NCBI GenBank assembly: GCA_964016885.1
Contig: OZ024746.1
Coordinates: forward strand, 38,688,001 to 38,752,000
Origin: Eledone cirrhosa
Lineage: Eukaryota
DNA length: 64,000 bases
Direction of reading: 5' to 3'
The position numbers and the translations under genes were made by a program. The notes under the pieces are model-generated. The model made no database searches and was not told where the DNA came from. It saw only the letters and a list, made by a program, of their open reading frames with translations. Shown here in pieces: positions 46,136 through 59,404 of the stretch (the first letter of the stretch is position 1; the number at the start of each line of letters is the position of its first letter).

Positions 46136-46400
46136 CAAACAGACAGACAGACAGATCATATCTATCTCTGCAGCTATCTATTTATTTGTTTATCAGAACA
46201 TTATACACGAACAGATATGTCTGTAGCTTGAGGCATATTACCTTAATCCAACTCACGAAATAATCACAGAGCGTCACGTACTCCGTGATTTTACAAGCAA
46301 GTGACAAATTTTCGCCTATATGATCTTTGATAATTTAACATTTCTAATTAACAAATTAATTAATATGTGACACACACACACACACACACACAGACGCGTG

Positions 46401-46434
<34 letters not shown>

Positions 46435-46506
46435 TATATACATATATATATAAATATACATATATAAATATATATATATATATAATATATATATACACAC
46501 ACACAC

Positions 46507-46557
<51 letters not shown>

Positions 46558-46605
46558 AATATACATATATAAATATATATATATATATATTTATATATGT
46601 ATATT

Positions 46606-46669
<64 letters not shown>

Positions 46670-46702
46670 TATGTATATATGTATATATATATACACACAC
46701 AC

Positions 46703-46733
<31 letters not shown>

Positions 46734-46746
46734 TATATATATGTAT

Positions 46747-46783
<37 letters not shown>

Positions 46784-46892
46784 AGAATACACACACATGA
46801 GTGTCTCCAAAAAATGTATACACACTTCAAAGGCATTCTAATAAAAGTGTGTACACAATTTGGGGGACAACCTGTATAATACACAGACACAG

Positions 46893-46933
<41 letters not shown>

Positions 46934-46966
46934 TATATAGGAATACACACGTATAATATATATATT

Positions 46967-46997
<31 letters not shown>

Positions 46998-47509
46998 GGT
47001 AAACAGAAATAATATATATGTGCGTATGTGTGTGTATGTGTTGGAAGGGGTGCTCACTCATTTAGTCTAGCATCTTATGTGATCATACTTTGTTTTGTTT
47101 TTTTAGATATGTAAACATACGTGTGTTAGTGTGTGTTTATATGTGTGTGCAGTATGTGTGTGCAGTCTGTGTGGCAAGAAATTCGCTTTCCAAACGCATG
47201 GTTTCGAGTTCAATCTCACTGTGTTGCATCTTGAGCAATTGTCTTTGATATGGTATGGTATGGCCTCGTAATTTCTAATTGAGTCGTTTGGGCATTTCTA
47301 GAATATTTTAAGCTCTGGCCAAGCCCAGCCCTCTCCAGGCCGGGACACAGAAGCTTTCTTCCAGAGAAGAGAGAGAAAGAGCTATAGAGAGAGAATCGAC
47401 CCCAGTACTGGTACATTCATGAGCATTTTAAACCAGGCGGATCTCATCCCTCTCCAGGTCTGAGAACGGCAGATTTCTTCCAGACAACGATAAAGAGTGA
47501 AGGAATGGA

Positions 47510-47902
47510 AGTGAAAAAGAGATATAGTGGCAGAATCGACCCAGTACTAGACTGCTACTTTTTTTATTGACTTCAAAAGGATGAAAGGCAAAGTTGACCT
47601 CGGCGGAATTTGAATTAGGAAAGCCGAAACGAACACCGCAAATCATTCTATCCGACATTCTATCGACTCTGCCAAATCACCGGCTTAGCTGAATGTAGGT
47701 GAAACACAATCAGAACCTTTTTCTGTTGGAAGACAAATAAAAGATATTTGTGTCTACTTTAGGCACAAGGCCAGCAATTACCCAGTTCATTACTGGTACT
47801 TTATTTTATCGACCCTGTAAGGATGAAAGGCAAAGTCAACCTCGGCGGGATTTGAACTCAGATCGTAAAGGGACGTAACTATACTGGAAAGCATGGCGTC
47901 CG
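47510..47902 (-). mobile_element. Two SINE copies (major family; one diverged, one 5'-truncated)
   Basis: GGATGAAAGGCAAAGT...CCTCGGCGG at about 47580 and 47821. Confidence 0.75.
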
Positions 47903-48543
47903 ATAAAAGATATTGAAATTCAACTAGGTTATATATAGCCACAAGCCAGAAGGCTTTCAGGTCGAGGTGTGGATCTTAAGGTGAAGTTCCTAAGAATTTG
48001 AATTTCTTTTCTCTTCTCATAGTTAAACAACAGCAAAATGCATCACCAAGTTCCGTGTTGACCTCTTCTTCCAGCTATAAATTGTTCGTTTTCAAAGTCC
48101 TATAAGACTATATTATCCTGTAGCGTTCTAGCAAAGAGCTTAATATTCGAACACATAAGAGCAATACAAATCAATATGCTATGAAATCTGGTTGACCGGT
48201 ACAAATTCAACTATACGAGACGAGATATGTGGATATTAATATGAAATATTTCTGAATTCTCTTCTCTTCTCATATCTTGCAGTTAACCTACAACAAAGTG
48301 CATCAACAAGTTCATTTTCAATCTCTACATGGAGCTATAAATTATAAATAATCTCAAAATATAAAAATGTATTTCTGTGCATTGGCCGACGATCAGCTTG
48401 GGGCAATAAACGTTAATATAATATTATGCAGACATGTTCATGCACTTTGATACAGGGCATCGTAGTGTAAAAGGAAAAGATTCAAATTCCTAGACATTTT
48501 ACCTTAATATCGACACCATGGTTTTAACGTATTCCGTCTAACC

Positions 48544-48620
<77 letters not shown>

Positions 48621-48625
<5 letters not shown>

Positions 48626-48956
48626 AAAATTGAATAACATGGTCAGCTGTACAAAAAGGATTTTATTTACAGTATTAACAATTGTTTCATTGATTAGGTA
48701 TGTCTAAAGGCCGCTAATCACTCAATGAAACAATTGTTAATACTGTAAATAAAACCCTTTTTGTACAGCTGACCATGTTATTCTTCAATTTTTCACTATT
48801 ATTACTCCAAGATTAACCTGCATAGGAATTCTCGCGAACTCGCTGCCTAACTGTGAACCTCTTGTTGAGTCAAACAACGCCGTATGTTGAAACTATCCAT
48901 AGTACAGAGTACTCACAAACTCTAGCTGGATTACCTATAACAATAATTTGTTATCA
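48621..48956 (+). mobile_element. Fold-back mini-element retaining the 3' half of an HHR
   Basis: Arms 48621-48693 / 48722-48798. GAAA-caattg-TT followed by AATAAA; tail to 48956; (TA)n flanks. Confidence 0.8.
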
Positions 48957-49062
48957 TATATATATATATTGTGGGTAACCACTGTAAATAAGGTAGTCAA
49001 TAATCGAGTGTATATATAAATATATGGATATATATGGATGGGTGGATGGGTATGTATATGCC

Positions 49063-49125
<63 letters not shown>

Positions 49126-50017
49126 ATAGAGAGAAAATGTGTGGGTGGATGTATCTGTATGTGCATTTGTATGTGAGTATAGAAAAAGCAGAGGTGAAAA
49201 CATTGTCATTTTAATTCACTTACTTCACCAAAAATAAGGAAAACAAATATAATAAAACAATAGTGAAAAACTTGCTCAAGCTCCATTATTCTTATATAGA
49301 TGCAACCATATTTTATAAACTGACCATGCACTCTAGGACTTAAATATTAATCCAGTTTGTATATGTGTCATCAGTAAAAGAATAAATGATTCAATAAGCA
49401 AAGTCCCTCGATTGGCATCCTTAATATCTCAACAATGACATAATATATAATGTAATTGCCGTGACATTAGAGTGCCATTTTTAAAATGCAAAATTAACTG
49501 TTTTAACGGCTGTCTATCGATGAGATTTCTCATTTTTATATGTATTCAAATACACTCCCGCTTCGCGCTTCGTCTCGATCAGAGACAACTTTGTTCTTTC
49601 ATTTAATTCTGAGCTTTTTTTCTAATTCTATGATTGTCATGTCCGTTTCTATTACATACTACTCATAGGCTACTCTCTGAATATAATCCGATGCTAGTTT
49701 CTTCTACAAATTTTTTGAGTCTATCTAAAATGTACAAGCACACAAGATCTACGTTTGTTCGCTCAAAACTACCCCCTGAATACGTCAAACTATTCCTTGC
49801 CACTCTTCTTTACCGAGTGAGAATCATCGTAGAATATCGATTTCCTGGCGTTCATATTTATGTCAATATCAGACTCTGTTTAAAGTAGCATGCGACATGC
49901 CGAACTCTAGTACTTGCAAAAAAATATTCCTAATGACTGACAAGTAGAACTCCACTATGTCGAACAATGACAATAGACTTGCATTTATGTTTATTGAAAA
50001 TAGAGTTAAACGACCGA

Positions 50018-50233
50018 ATAATGGTTTCTGATTTAGGCACGAGGCTAGCAATTTTTTTAGGAAGGGGTAGTCGATTAAATCGACCCAGTACTTTACTGGT
50101 ACTTTATTTTTTCGACCCCGTAAGGATGAAAGGCAAAACTGAAAAAAAATTGAAATCAGAGCGTAAGGGGCCGCAACTCTGTGCCACAAAGCTTATTGTC
50201 CGACGCTCTACTGACTTTTCCAACCCACCGCCC
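50018..50233 (-). mobile_element. tRNA-derived SINE (major family)
   Basis: Collinear with 634-855. Flanked by a duplicated TTAAACGACC.AATAAT. Confidence 0.8.
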
Positions 50234-51240
50234 TTAAACGACCTAATAATAACACTACTACACTTCCATTTCATAAGATTGGTAGCTGGCATCATTTATA
50301 AGCTAATAGCATCTAGTACGCTATTATAAGGAGTTCCTAGGTCAGTCTTTAGAGTTTTCATTAGTCTGCATTTAAAGTTCTAGGTGAAGTCTTCATTGTA
50401 AATATCTAATTGCACGGTTTGCGTGGGTTCAAGGATTCTATACCGTCGTCTAATTTTCCTTGGCTTGCTTTCACAAAATCGTTGGTGGTGTTTTAAAATG
50501 TATTCTATTAATTCGGTTATAAAACCTCACGTTATTCATCATTTTAATTAAATCCTCTTCATTTCTTTTAATGTCTTTAATGGGGAGGGAGTTTTTATTT
50601 GACATAATATGGAATTTGACCTCGTAAGAATATTCCACTTCATTCTTCTTGTTGCTTCCTTTTTTCGTATAACAATGGTTTCCAGAGAGCGGATGGTTGC
50701 ATCATTCTCTATAATTTCGATGTTTGTTTTTACTCTTTATAATGCTCAAGAATCTGAAAGCTACATGAGGCATTATTTGTACAGAACAGAAGAAAGAGTA
50801 CTCGATACTGAATATAAACAGTGCAATTATTTGCATTCAAAATCATGTCTGTACTTAAGTGTTCATAGGACATGAAATTAATTTAGCAATCGTTTAATCG
50901 ACGAACTCTGACAGTACAAATTTCACCTTAACGAGATGCTTTTAATTTCGCCTCGACGTGGTTTACTGCTAGTTGAGGAAATGTAAGTAATGAGCAAAAC
51001 GGAAACAAGTGTGTAAAATCATTCATTTAATCGAGACTTATGATAAGAGAAGAAAATAAAATGACTGTATTGGATGCGTTGTCTGGTTTACAGTATGAGG
51101 CGAGAACGTGGTCTGTGTGTGTGTGACAAAAGAAAAAAACAGTAAAAATATTCCATATACACCAGATTCTTCGTTTTACTTTTCGTGCATAGTAAATTAA
51201 GATTTCTACGTGTTCCCACTCCTGAATAACATATATATAA

Positions 51241-51453
51241 CTATCCATGGGTAAAAAGTGATTCTCTTGTATTCAATCCTACAACTTTGAAACTCTGAGC
51301 CTGAACTTTATTTATGGTCATAGCAAAACTGGTTCTAACGGGGAACTGAAGTCTTGAGAATTTGAATGGCAGCTCGGTAGAGGAAGGGATGAGAGGAATC
51401 TTGGGAATAAATGCACTTTCTCTTTGATGATTGCCTCCAAGGATAGTGACCAC
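51241..51453 (-). pseudogene. Helitron Pif1-like helicase C-terminal fragment
   Basis: FIPKIPLIPS..LPFKFSRLQFPVRTSFAMTINKVQAQS...FTHG matches Pif1 motifs V-VI. Confidence 0.85.
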
Positions 51454-51636
51454 AATGATGGTTCATCTTCCGCGCGTGTCATTGCATCGAGGTGGCTGGT
51501 CCACGTTTCTCAAAAGGATGATAGAAGTTCCAATCTTTTATATGAAACAGCAGAGATTGAAAGACTGGCAGAAAACTAAATATAAACATTTCCTTATTCA
51601 AATTATATATAGATATAGATAATTATATATGTGTTC

Positions 51637-51667
<31 letters not shown>

Positions 51668-52352
51668 CCAGGTTTTCGAATCGGAAACGCTGGCTGCAAA
51701 ATACGATCATCACTTTCAACGAACGCACAGAGAGAATCTCTTATGGTTGATACCCAGCCTGTTAGAAATAGCAATCAGGTTGGTTAGCATACGCATAAAA
51801 TTAATATCAATAAACCTTCCTGAATATACCCTTATACCACTGCTATACTTGCTTTTCGATTGTCAGCTTTTGTTTTTGTGTCATGTGCGAAGGAACCAAC
51901 CAGCATCTCTCTTTTATATTATGTATAGAATTACCTTGTTGTAAATTATGCACATGCGTACATTATTGTGCACCATGTTGGTATTTATTCCGGGCTTACA
52001 TGAGATTCAACAACAGGTAAATATATTTTGTTTCTTTTAATTTTTGGAACAGAAAACCCTCTCTGGTGATCAGGTAAGTTTCTGACAAAAGTTGAGTTAA
52101 TTAATTGAGATAGATAATTTCTGTGATTTTAGCCTGTGAAACTGCAGTTAGAGAGGGAAAAATTCATTAAGCCCTAGGTATTTGAATTGTTTAACAATGA
52201 ATTTTACCTCTGAGATGGTACACGTATAGAGTTCCTTCATTTTAAGATAGTTGAATTTGATCTTCCCTATAGTCAATTCTGAGCCTTATTTGAGATAACT
52301 CAATATTTGTATTTATATAAATATATATAACGCAGTAAAGAGAGAAATGCTC

Positions 52353-52440
<88 letters not shown>

Positions 52441-52541
52441 TTCTCTCTTTACTGTGTTATAAAGAGTTCGGAATTTCTTGCTTGACCTTATTTGATTATA
52501 AGTGAATATTGTGAATTTTTAAATCGACAATTTAATTTGGT

Positions 52542-52598
<57 letters not shown>

Positions 52599-52634
52599 TA
52601 TATATATATATGTGTGTGTGTGTGATATATATAT

Positions 52635-52746
<112 letters not shown>

Positions 52747-52787
52747 CGTGCCTATATATATATACACACACACACATATATATATAT

Positions 52788-53508
52788 ATAGTAGAATAAT
52801 CGAGTATCGAAAAATCGGCGCACGAGTTCACGATAAACAAAATTCGAAAATGAGCGGCAGAGGGCTCAATAATTCAGATAAATCAGAGCTATAACTATCG
52901 TTAAAATACCGTCACACATAGAACAAGTCTATAATCAACCGTACGACCGAAAAATTGCGATCTGGAAGATTCGGGACACTCAGAAAAAATATCAATAAAT
53001 CAATAAATCAAATGAATGTAAAAAGCATACCCGGACCCGCTAGAAAGATGGTAAATCTAGCTTCTTGGGTTTCTGTAAATCCTTAAACTGCCCTCTATCA
53101 GCTCACATAAAAATATATAAGACTTCTAAAGGCCAGCGGACGGGAAATTTACTTCCTCAACGAGCTTTGTCCGAACGAATGAAAAGGCATAACCCAGGCT
53201 GACGAAACGCACATGTAATTCAGCAAGGGAGATAACCTCTATATCCGCAAAAAATATTCGGGAAAATGTGGAAATACACATATCGAATAAGAGTGCTCAA
53301 TAGACGTGTTAAAATAAACAGGAGCTATTCATCATTTAATAGAATCGACAAAAAATGAACAATAAAATTAACTGGTCAATAGCTAGGTCTAGAGCTAAAT
53401 ATAGTAGAATAATCGAGTATCGAAAAATCGGCGCACGAGTTCACGATAAACAAAATTCGAAAATGAGCGGGAGAGGGCTCAATAATTCAGATAAATCAGA
53501 GCTATAAC
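52788..53508. repeat. Unknown (TA)n-anchored element with ~108-bp direct repeats (period 613)
   Basis: 52788-52896 vs 53401-53508, with one mismatch. Confidence 0.8.
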
Positions 53509-53641
53509 TTCGTTTCATTTTTTCCGTTTATCGTTTTCGGTGCACCCGGCCGATTAACCCACTCGATATGCAAATTGGGCTACTCAGCCGTTAATATGCA
53601 TAAGGTAAGTATATACGTTCAACAATCTGGCAGGAAGGTAT

Positions 53642-53684
53642 ACGTTGCTGACGATAGCTAATAAGCTTGAAACTAGTACAGCGT
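53642..53684 (+). ncRNA. Type I hammerhead ribozyme (family E, intact)
   Basis: acgttg-CTGACGA-tagctaataagctt-GAAA-ctag-TA-cagcgt. Helix III is the palindrome ACTAGT. Confidence 0.9.
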
Positions 53685-54062
53685 TCCTTTGTCAGTGTTG
53701 AACAAACGATCAACGATGGTTGCTAGACACTACGGCTTAATACGGGATGTTTGTTTACAAACACACCGAGCATTATAATAAATGTTCGGTGAGTCCATAC
53801 GTACATATATATATATATGTGTGCATGTATATATATATACATACTACTGTACGTCTGTATACATACATGTATGTACGTGTACATACTTATATTTAAGTAA
53901 CAGCCGTACTAAGAGTGGGAAATGAAATTTCGTTTCATTTTTTTCCGTTTATCGTTTTCGGTGCACCCGGCTGATTAACCCACTCGATATGCAAATTGGG
54001 CAACTCAGCCGTTAATATGCATAAGGTAAGTATATACGTTCAACAATTTGGCAGGAAGGTAT

Positions 54063-54105
54063 ACGTTGCTGACAATAGCTAATAAGCTTGAAACTAGTAC
54101 AGCGT
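54063..54105 (+). ncRNA. Family E HHR, G8A core mutant (mirror 54755-54797 on minus)
   Basis: Core reads CTGACAA in both mirror copies. Confidence 0.75.
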
Positions 54106-54161
54106 TCCTTTGTCAGTGTTGAACAAACGAGCAACGATGGTTGCTAGACACTACAGCTTAA

Positions 54162-54280
54162 TACTGGTACTTTATTTTATCGACCCCGTAAGGATGAAAG
54201 GCAAAGTCAACCTCGGCGGGATTTGAACTCAGATCGTAAAGGGACGTAACTATGCTGGAAAGCATGGCGTCCGACACTCT
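54162..54280 (-). mobile_element. Partial major-family SINE fused to the family E unit
   Basis: Starts at TACTGGTACTTTATTTTATCGACCCC, directly after GCTTAA. Confidence 0.8.
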
Positions 54281-55177
54281 TATAAAACTTTAATAATGCT
54301 TTATCTTCTAATCATCTATAATGGAAATAATGTTTGGATGAATGACACTTGTTTAATAACATGTTGGCAGGTTGCTATACATAACCTATGGCTTTTGGGA
54401 TATTATTAACTTTGATCCAGACCTTTATTTTTCTATCTCTGTTTTAAATATAGTTTAAATATCTAACCTGTAAATTTTTACGGACCTTAATTTGAACTGT
54501 GGATCATTCATGCGTTTACATTTATATATATATGTATGTATTTTATATTATGCATGTATGAATCTATTATCAAAGATTTTAATCGTTATTCTTTACAAAA
54601 TGTATTCTTTACACATATATATATGTACGTATATGTACGTATGGACTCACCGAACATTTATTATAATGCTCGGTGTGTTTGTAAACAAACATCCCGTATT
54701 AAGCCGTAGTGTCTAGCAACCATCGTTGCTCGTTTGTTCAACACTGACAAAGGAACGCTGTACTAGTTTCAAGCTTATTAGCTATTGTCAGCAACGTATA
54801 CCTTCCTGCCAAATTGTTGAACGTATATACTTACCTTATGCATATTAACGGCTGAGTAGCCCAATTTGCATATCGAGTGGGTTAATCAGCCGGGTGCACC
54901 GAAAACGATAAACGGAAAAAAATGAAACGAAATTTCATTCCCCACTCTTAGTACGTCTGTTACTTAAATATAAGTATGTACACGTACATACATGTATGTA
55001 TACAGACGTACAGTAGTATGTATATATATATACATGCACACATATATATATATATATGTACGTATGGACTCACCGAACATTTATTATAATGCTCGGTGTG
55101 TTTGTAAACAAACATCCCGTATTAAGCCGTAGTGTCTAGCAACCATCGCTGATCGTTTGTTCAACACTGACAAAGGA

Positions 55178-55220
55178 ACGCTGTACTAGTTTCAAGCTTA
55201 TTAGCTATCGTCAGCAACGT
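55178..55220 (-). ncRNA. Type I hammerhead ribozyme (family E, intact)
   Basis: Exact reverse complement of 53642-53684. Confidence 0.9.
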
Positions 55221-56292
55221 ATACCTTCCTGCCATATTGTTGAACGTATATACTTACCTTATGCATATTAACGGCTGAGTAGCCCAATTTGCATATCGAG
55301 TGGGTTAATCGGCCGGGTGCACCGAAAACGATAAACGGAAAAAATGAAACGAAGTTTCATTTCCCACTCTTAGTACGGCTGTTACTTAAATATAAGTATG
55401 TACACGTACATACATATATGTATACAGACGTACAGTAGTATGTATATATATATATACATACATGCACACATATATATATGTACGTATGGACTCACTGAAC
55501 ATGTATATTTAAGTAACAGCCGTACTAAGAGTGGGAAATGAAATTTCGTTTCATTTTTTCCGTTTATATATATATATATATATATATAGCTGAAAACTCT
55601 GGTTTAATTATTATACTTTAGACACTATAATTATTTAATAATAAATTCCTTGATAGTTATAATAGTAAATACTTCATAAACTATACATATGGAAAATGTT
55701 GTCACTGTTACAAGTAATTTTGTTAAAGATTACCTTTGTGAGAATATTGAACAGTATATATATTTTTCTTTCGCGGGCCTAGTAAATCCTTTAAATTTGT
55801 TTTCATAGAAATTTAACACATTTATAAAATTTATATAATTTATAAAATTAATACAAATAACCATCAACTTTTAAAACCTAAAATTTTGATTCTTTACCCT
55901 AAAATAACATAAATGATATATTTTGAAATTTAACTGCCAAGGCTATACATGTTTTTTATGTGTCTGAAGAAAATTTGAGCATAAATTACCCCCCTTTATC
56001 TCTCCCTCTCTTTAATTATCTATCAGTTGCATTCTCAAGCTAAAAACTAAAAAAATTATAACTCTAGATACGTCTTCCTCTATAGTCCTACAGTAGTATT
56101 CCAGACTTTAAAAACTCTATAACTGTTACATTAAAGCAACGCTTTTCTTACTTACACCCTCTCTATTGATTCTATTACGTTTTCGCATGTTCTCATTATT
56201 AGGGTATAAATATTGACTTTCCTCATAAGTTAATCACTACCTTGATTAAATCTTAACCATCTAACATGTCAGGGTATGTCATGTATCATTTT

Positions 56293-56358
56293 ATTTTATC
56301 TGATGAGGACGTACTGTTGAACCTGATTCAAGTACCTCTGAAATATGTATAATAAAAT
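56293..56358 (+). ncRNA. Type I hammerhead ribozyme (solo pLTR-like)
   Basis: attttat-CTGATGA-gg..gtac..ttgaa cctga ttcaa gtac ctct-GAAA-tatgta-TA-ataaaat. (TA)n about 45 nt downstream. Confidence 0.72.
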
Positions 56359-58411
56359 TTAATTGATCACAAGAATATCTATTTTGTTAATAATTGAATT
56401 AATATTATATATATATACACATATATATGTGTGTGTATGTGTGTGACTGGTAAACTACGAGCAATTTCATTATAATAGTTCTACTAGCTAGAAATAGCAA
56501 CAAAATGTATTTCATAGTTCATCTTAACGTCATAAGAAAGGAAAGGCACGTTTAATTTATATATAGACAAAACCTGGATCATAGACAGGATTGCCACAGT
56601 TGTAACAGTTTTAAGAATATGAGGCTAACCCAATCAAATATGAGATGCAGCTAAACAACAAATAGAAAGAAAATATAATATAATCATAATGTTTCGCATA
56701 AAAATAGAATTCTTGGAAGCTTATAAATATAACACACATAAATATATAATCAAAGGGGAGAAAAAATGGATTCAGCATTAAGTGCGTCAATTGGTCACAT
56801 ACCATAAGGAGCATCGGAACTTCCCTCTAATATTTTTTTTTAGGTAAGCTAACATGCTCGTAGCGTTACCGTGGGTGGTGGTGAGGTTAAGTCGCTGAAA
56901 CAACCAAGCACCCTCACGTGCATCACCTGATACTACAGTACGACGAGCCGCTACCGATGACAAGAACTAATATATGCATAAACATAAACTAATATATGCA
57001 TAAACATATACACGCGTAACCATGTGTAATATCAAATTAATCCTAGTGTGGTGACAAGCGAAATTGACCCCTGAAACTTTTAAAAAGCAGAACGTAGAGT
57101 GACACAAAATAATAATCCAGTGCTTACGTGTTTCTATTTCTCTGCACTGTTTTTAAAAATAATAAATGATATGATAGCCACTTCAACGAATGGAAATAAA
57201 GTCAACCCCACCAAGAATCGTTAATTTAACGTTCATTCAGCGAACCTAGCGTCGGTGGATTAATGACGGTTGGTAACATTATAGCTAACAAGGTGAAACA
57301 GAGAAATTCGGCACTATTAACATAATTAACCCCTTGCCCTAGGCCCAAAACCCAATCACCCTCGCATTCACCCCCTCTCTTGTCATTCCCTCCCTTTTCC
57401 GTTCTTTTTCTTCTATCTTTCTCTCCGTTTTTTATATTTTTAGCTTTTCTTTTTTTACTTTTGTTTTTTCACCTTTTTTTATTTGTTCTTACTAAATAAG
57501 GTTTGTTTTTGTTTTATTTTGTTTTTGTTTTTGAATAAATTCATGGCACAGTGACTTGTATAAGTACTTTTTTTTAAATTAACCAAAGCGACTGCATTAT
57601 CTTAGCTAAATTCTTTTTAACCCTTTAGCATTTAAACCAGCCATATCTGGCCAGAAATTTCTCACTTCTTTCTGTTCAGATATTAAGGTATTGTTCTCAA
57701 AATAAATATTAAAATTTCGTAGATTCGATATTATGTGAGATAATTATGTGAAATGAAGTGCTTACTAGTAAATAAGAGTAATGTAAATGCTGTGTGATTT
57801 AAGAGAACAGACACATGGGAGATCACTCTTGCGATTTAAAAGGGGAATAATTCTTATAGTTTTATCGAGAATTATTCTCCGTTATTGTTTTTATTGGAAT
57901 AATTACTGAGAATACTACGATAGTCGCCTGAAATGTTTATAAGCTGACTATGAAGAATTAATCCTAAAACTGTGAAATCTTGCATGTATTAATTTCAACT
58001 CTTCTTCTTAATAACTGTTTTGTTTCTTTCCATGAATTATGTTGAAAAATATACCTCATTTAGTCATTCTATGAGAGTATCTTACTCAGCCTATAAAATT
58101 ATCAGCCGACTATCGTATATACATTTTTCGAAGTATATTTGTGTATAGGGAGAGAGACTAGAAGATTTGGTATTTGATTAATGCTGCTGCAGATTTAAAA
58201 CTATGTTGTTTCATTTGAAAGAGATTGGAGCAACGTAGTGGTTTAGTTGGTTTTTAGATGTTTATACATTTTTTGTTTTGTTTTGTTTTTAATATATCTA
58301 TATGTAGGCTGTTTCGAAGTGAAGCAAGGAGTAGTGGCGGGCGTGGACAGAGGCTACAACTTAGGGTCACCCAATTTGCAGGAGCTTCGAAGCAATTACA
58401 ACATTATATAT

Positions 58412-58622
58412 ATAGAAGTAGTTCCACAACAGTTAGTTCACCATATCGAGAAACAAATGTTTCACCTTATTCGGATCCTCAGCTCGGTCTGAATGAGGTT
58501 CTGCATAAGGTGAAACATTTGTTCTCAGTATGGTGAACTAACTGTTGTGGAACTACGTCTACCAAACTCGTCCCATGGACTGCTTGCTCTACTACCACAG
58601 ATGTAACCCTCCAGTGTTCTAC

Positions 58623-58625
<3 letters not shown>
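58412..58625 (+). mobile_element. Family D fold-back element; HHR at 58447-58486 (minus)
   Basis: Arms about 58412-58482 / 58496-58561. Minus strand cgag-CTGAGGA-tccgaataaggt-GAAA-catttg-TT-tctcg. Tail and (TA)n present. Confidence 0.78.
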
Positions 58626-58655
<30 letters not shown>

Positions 58656-58662
<7 letters not shown>

Positions 58663-59052
58663 GTGAGGTTTTTTTTACAAAATGAAAAATAACCGAGGTG
58701 TCCTACACGAGTGAAAGTATAAAGAAAAAAAGATTAAATCGAAAATGCAACTGGAGTCTTATTTTTTAAAAATATATATATATTTGGTTCCTTTACCGGT
58801 TTCGCAGTTCATCTGCTTTTCAAAAGTAGAGTTGAGATGGAGGGTCTGTGGTTTTTCTCACATCACAGATGTGAGAAAAACCACAGTAAAACCACATCTG
58901 TGATGTGAGAAAAACCACAGACCCTCCATCTCAACTCTACTTTTGAAAAGCAGAAGAACTGCGAAACCGGTAAAGGAACCAAATAAATATATATATATTT
59001 TTTTTTAAATAAGTCTCCAGCTGCATTTTCGATTTCATCTTTTTTTCTTTAT
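58656..59052 (-). mobile_element. Fold-back element with U3-A8 covariant HHRs (58791-58826 minus, 58940-58975 plus)
   Basis: Arms about 58718-58874 / 58892-59052. ctt-TTGAAAA-gcag..ctgc-GAAA-ccgg-TA-aag. Confidence 0.85.
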
Positions 59053-59404
59053 ATATATATTCAAATTGTGTGAAGCCTTTTGGTGTAGTTTATCTTTAAC
59101 AGAGTGCTTCCAATATAGTTTAACGTCCTTCTCGTCATTAAATTCAACATAGGGCAGCAAGTTATACAGGATGCTTATGAATCCTAAAAGGTGATTTTCA
59201 AAAACATCTTCCTTCAATCCAATCTTTGTAACTATCACCAAATATATAAACAATTTGAATCGAAATAAGAGTAAATTTGAATAAGACACAATAAAATGCG
59301 CCCACATTCTTCTTTCTAATGATTAAAAAAAATCGAAGATCTATTTTCCATGTTGCATCGATTAGTCATGTTGTCAAATGAAGACATAAGTCAGGTCGGG
59401 TGAA

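Larger units (their letters stand above)
53509..55565. mobile_element. Family E: 421-bp HHR-bearing tandem units arranged as a large mirror repeat (retrozyme-like / PLE pLTR array)
   Basis: Plus units 53509-53929 and 53930-54163; minus units 54620-55500; final fold-back 55501-55565 ending in (TA)n. Confidence 0.9.
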
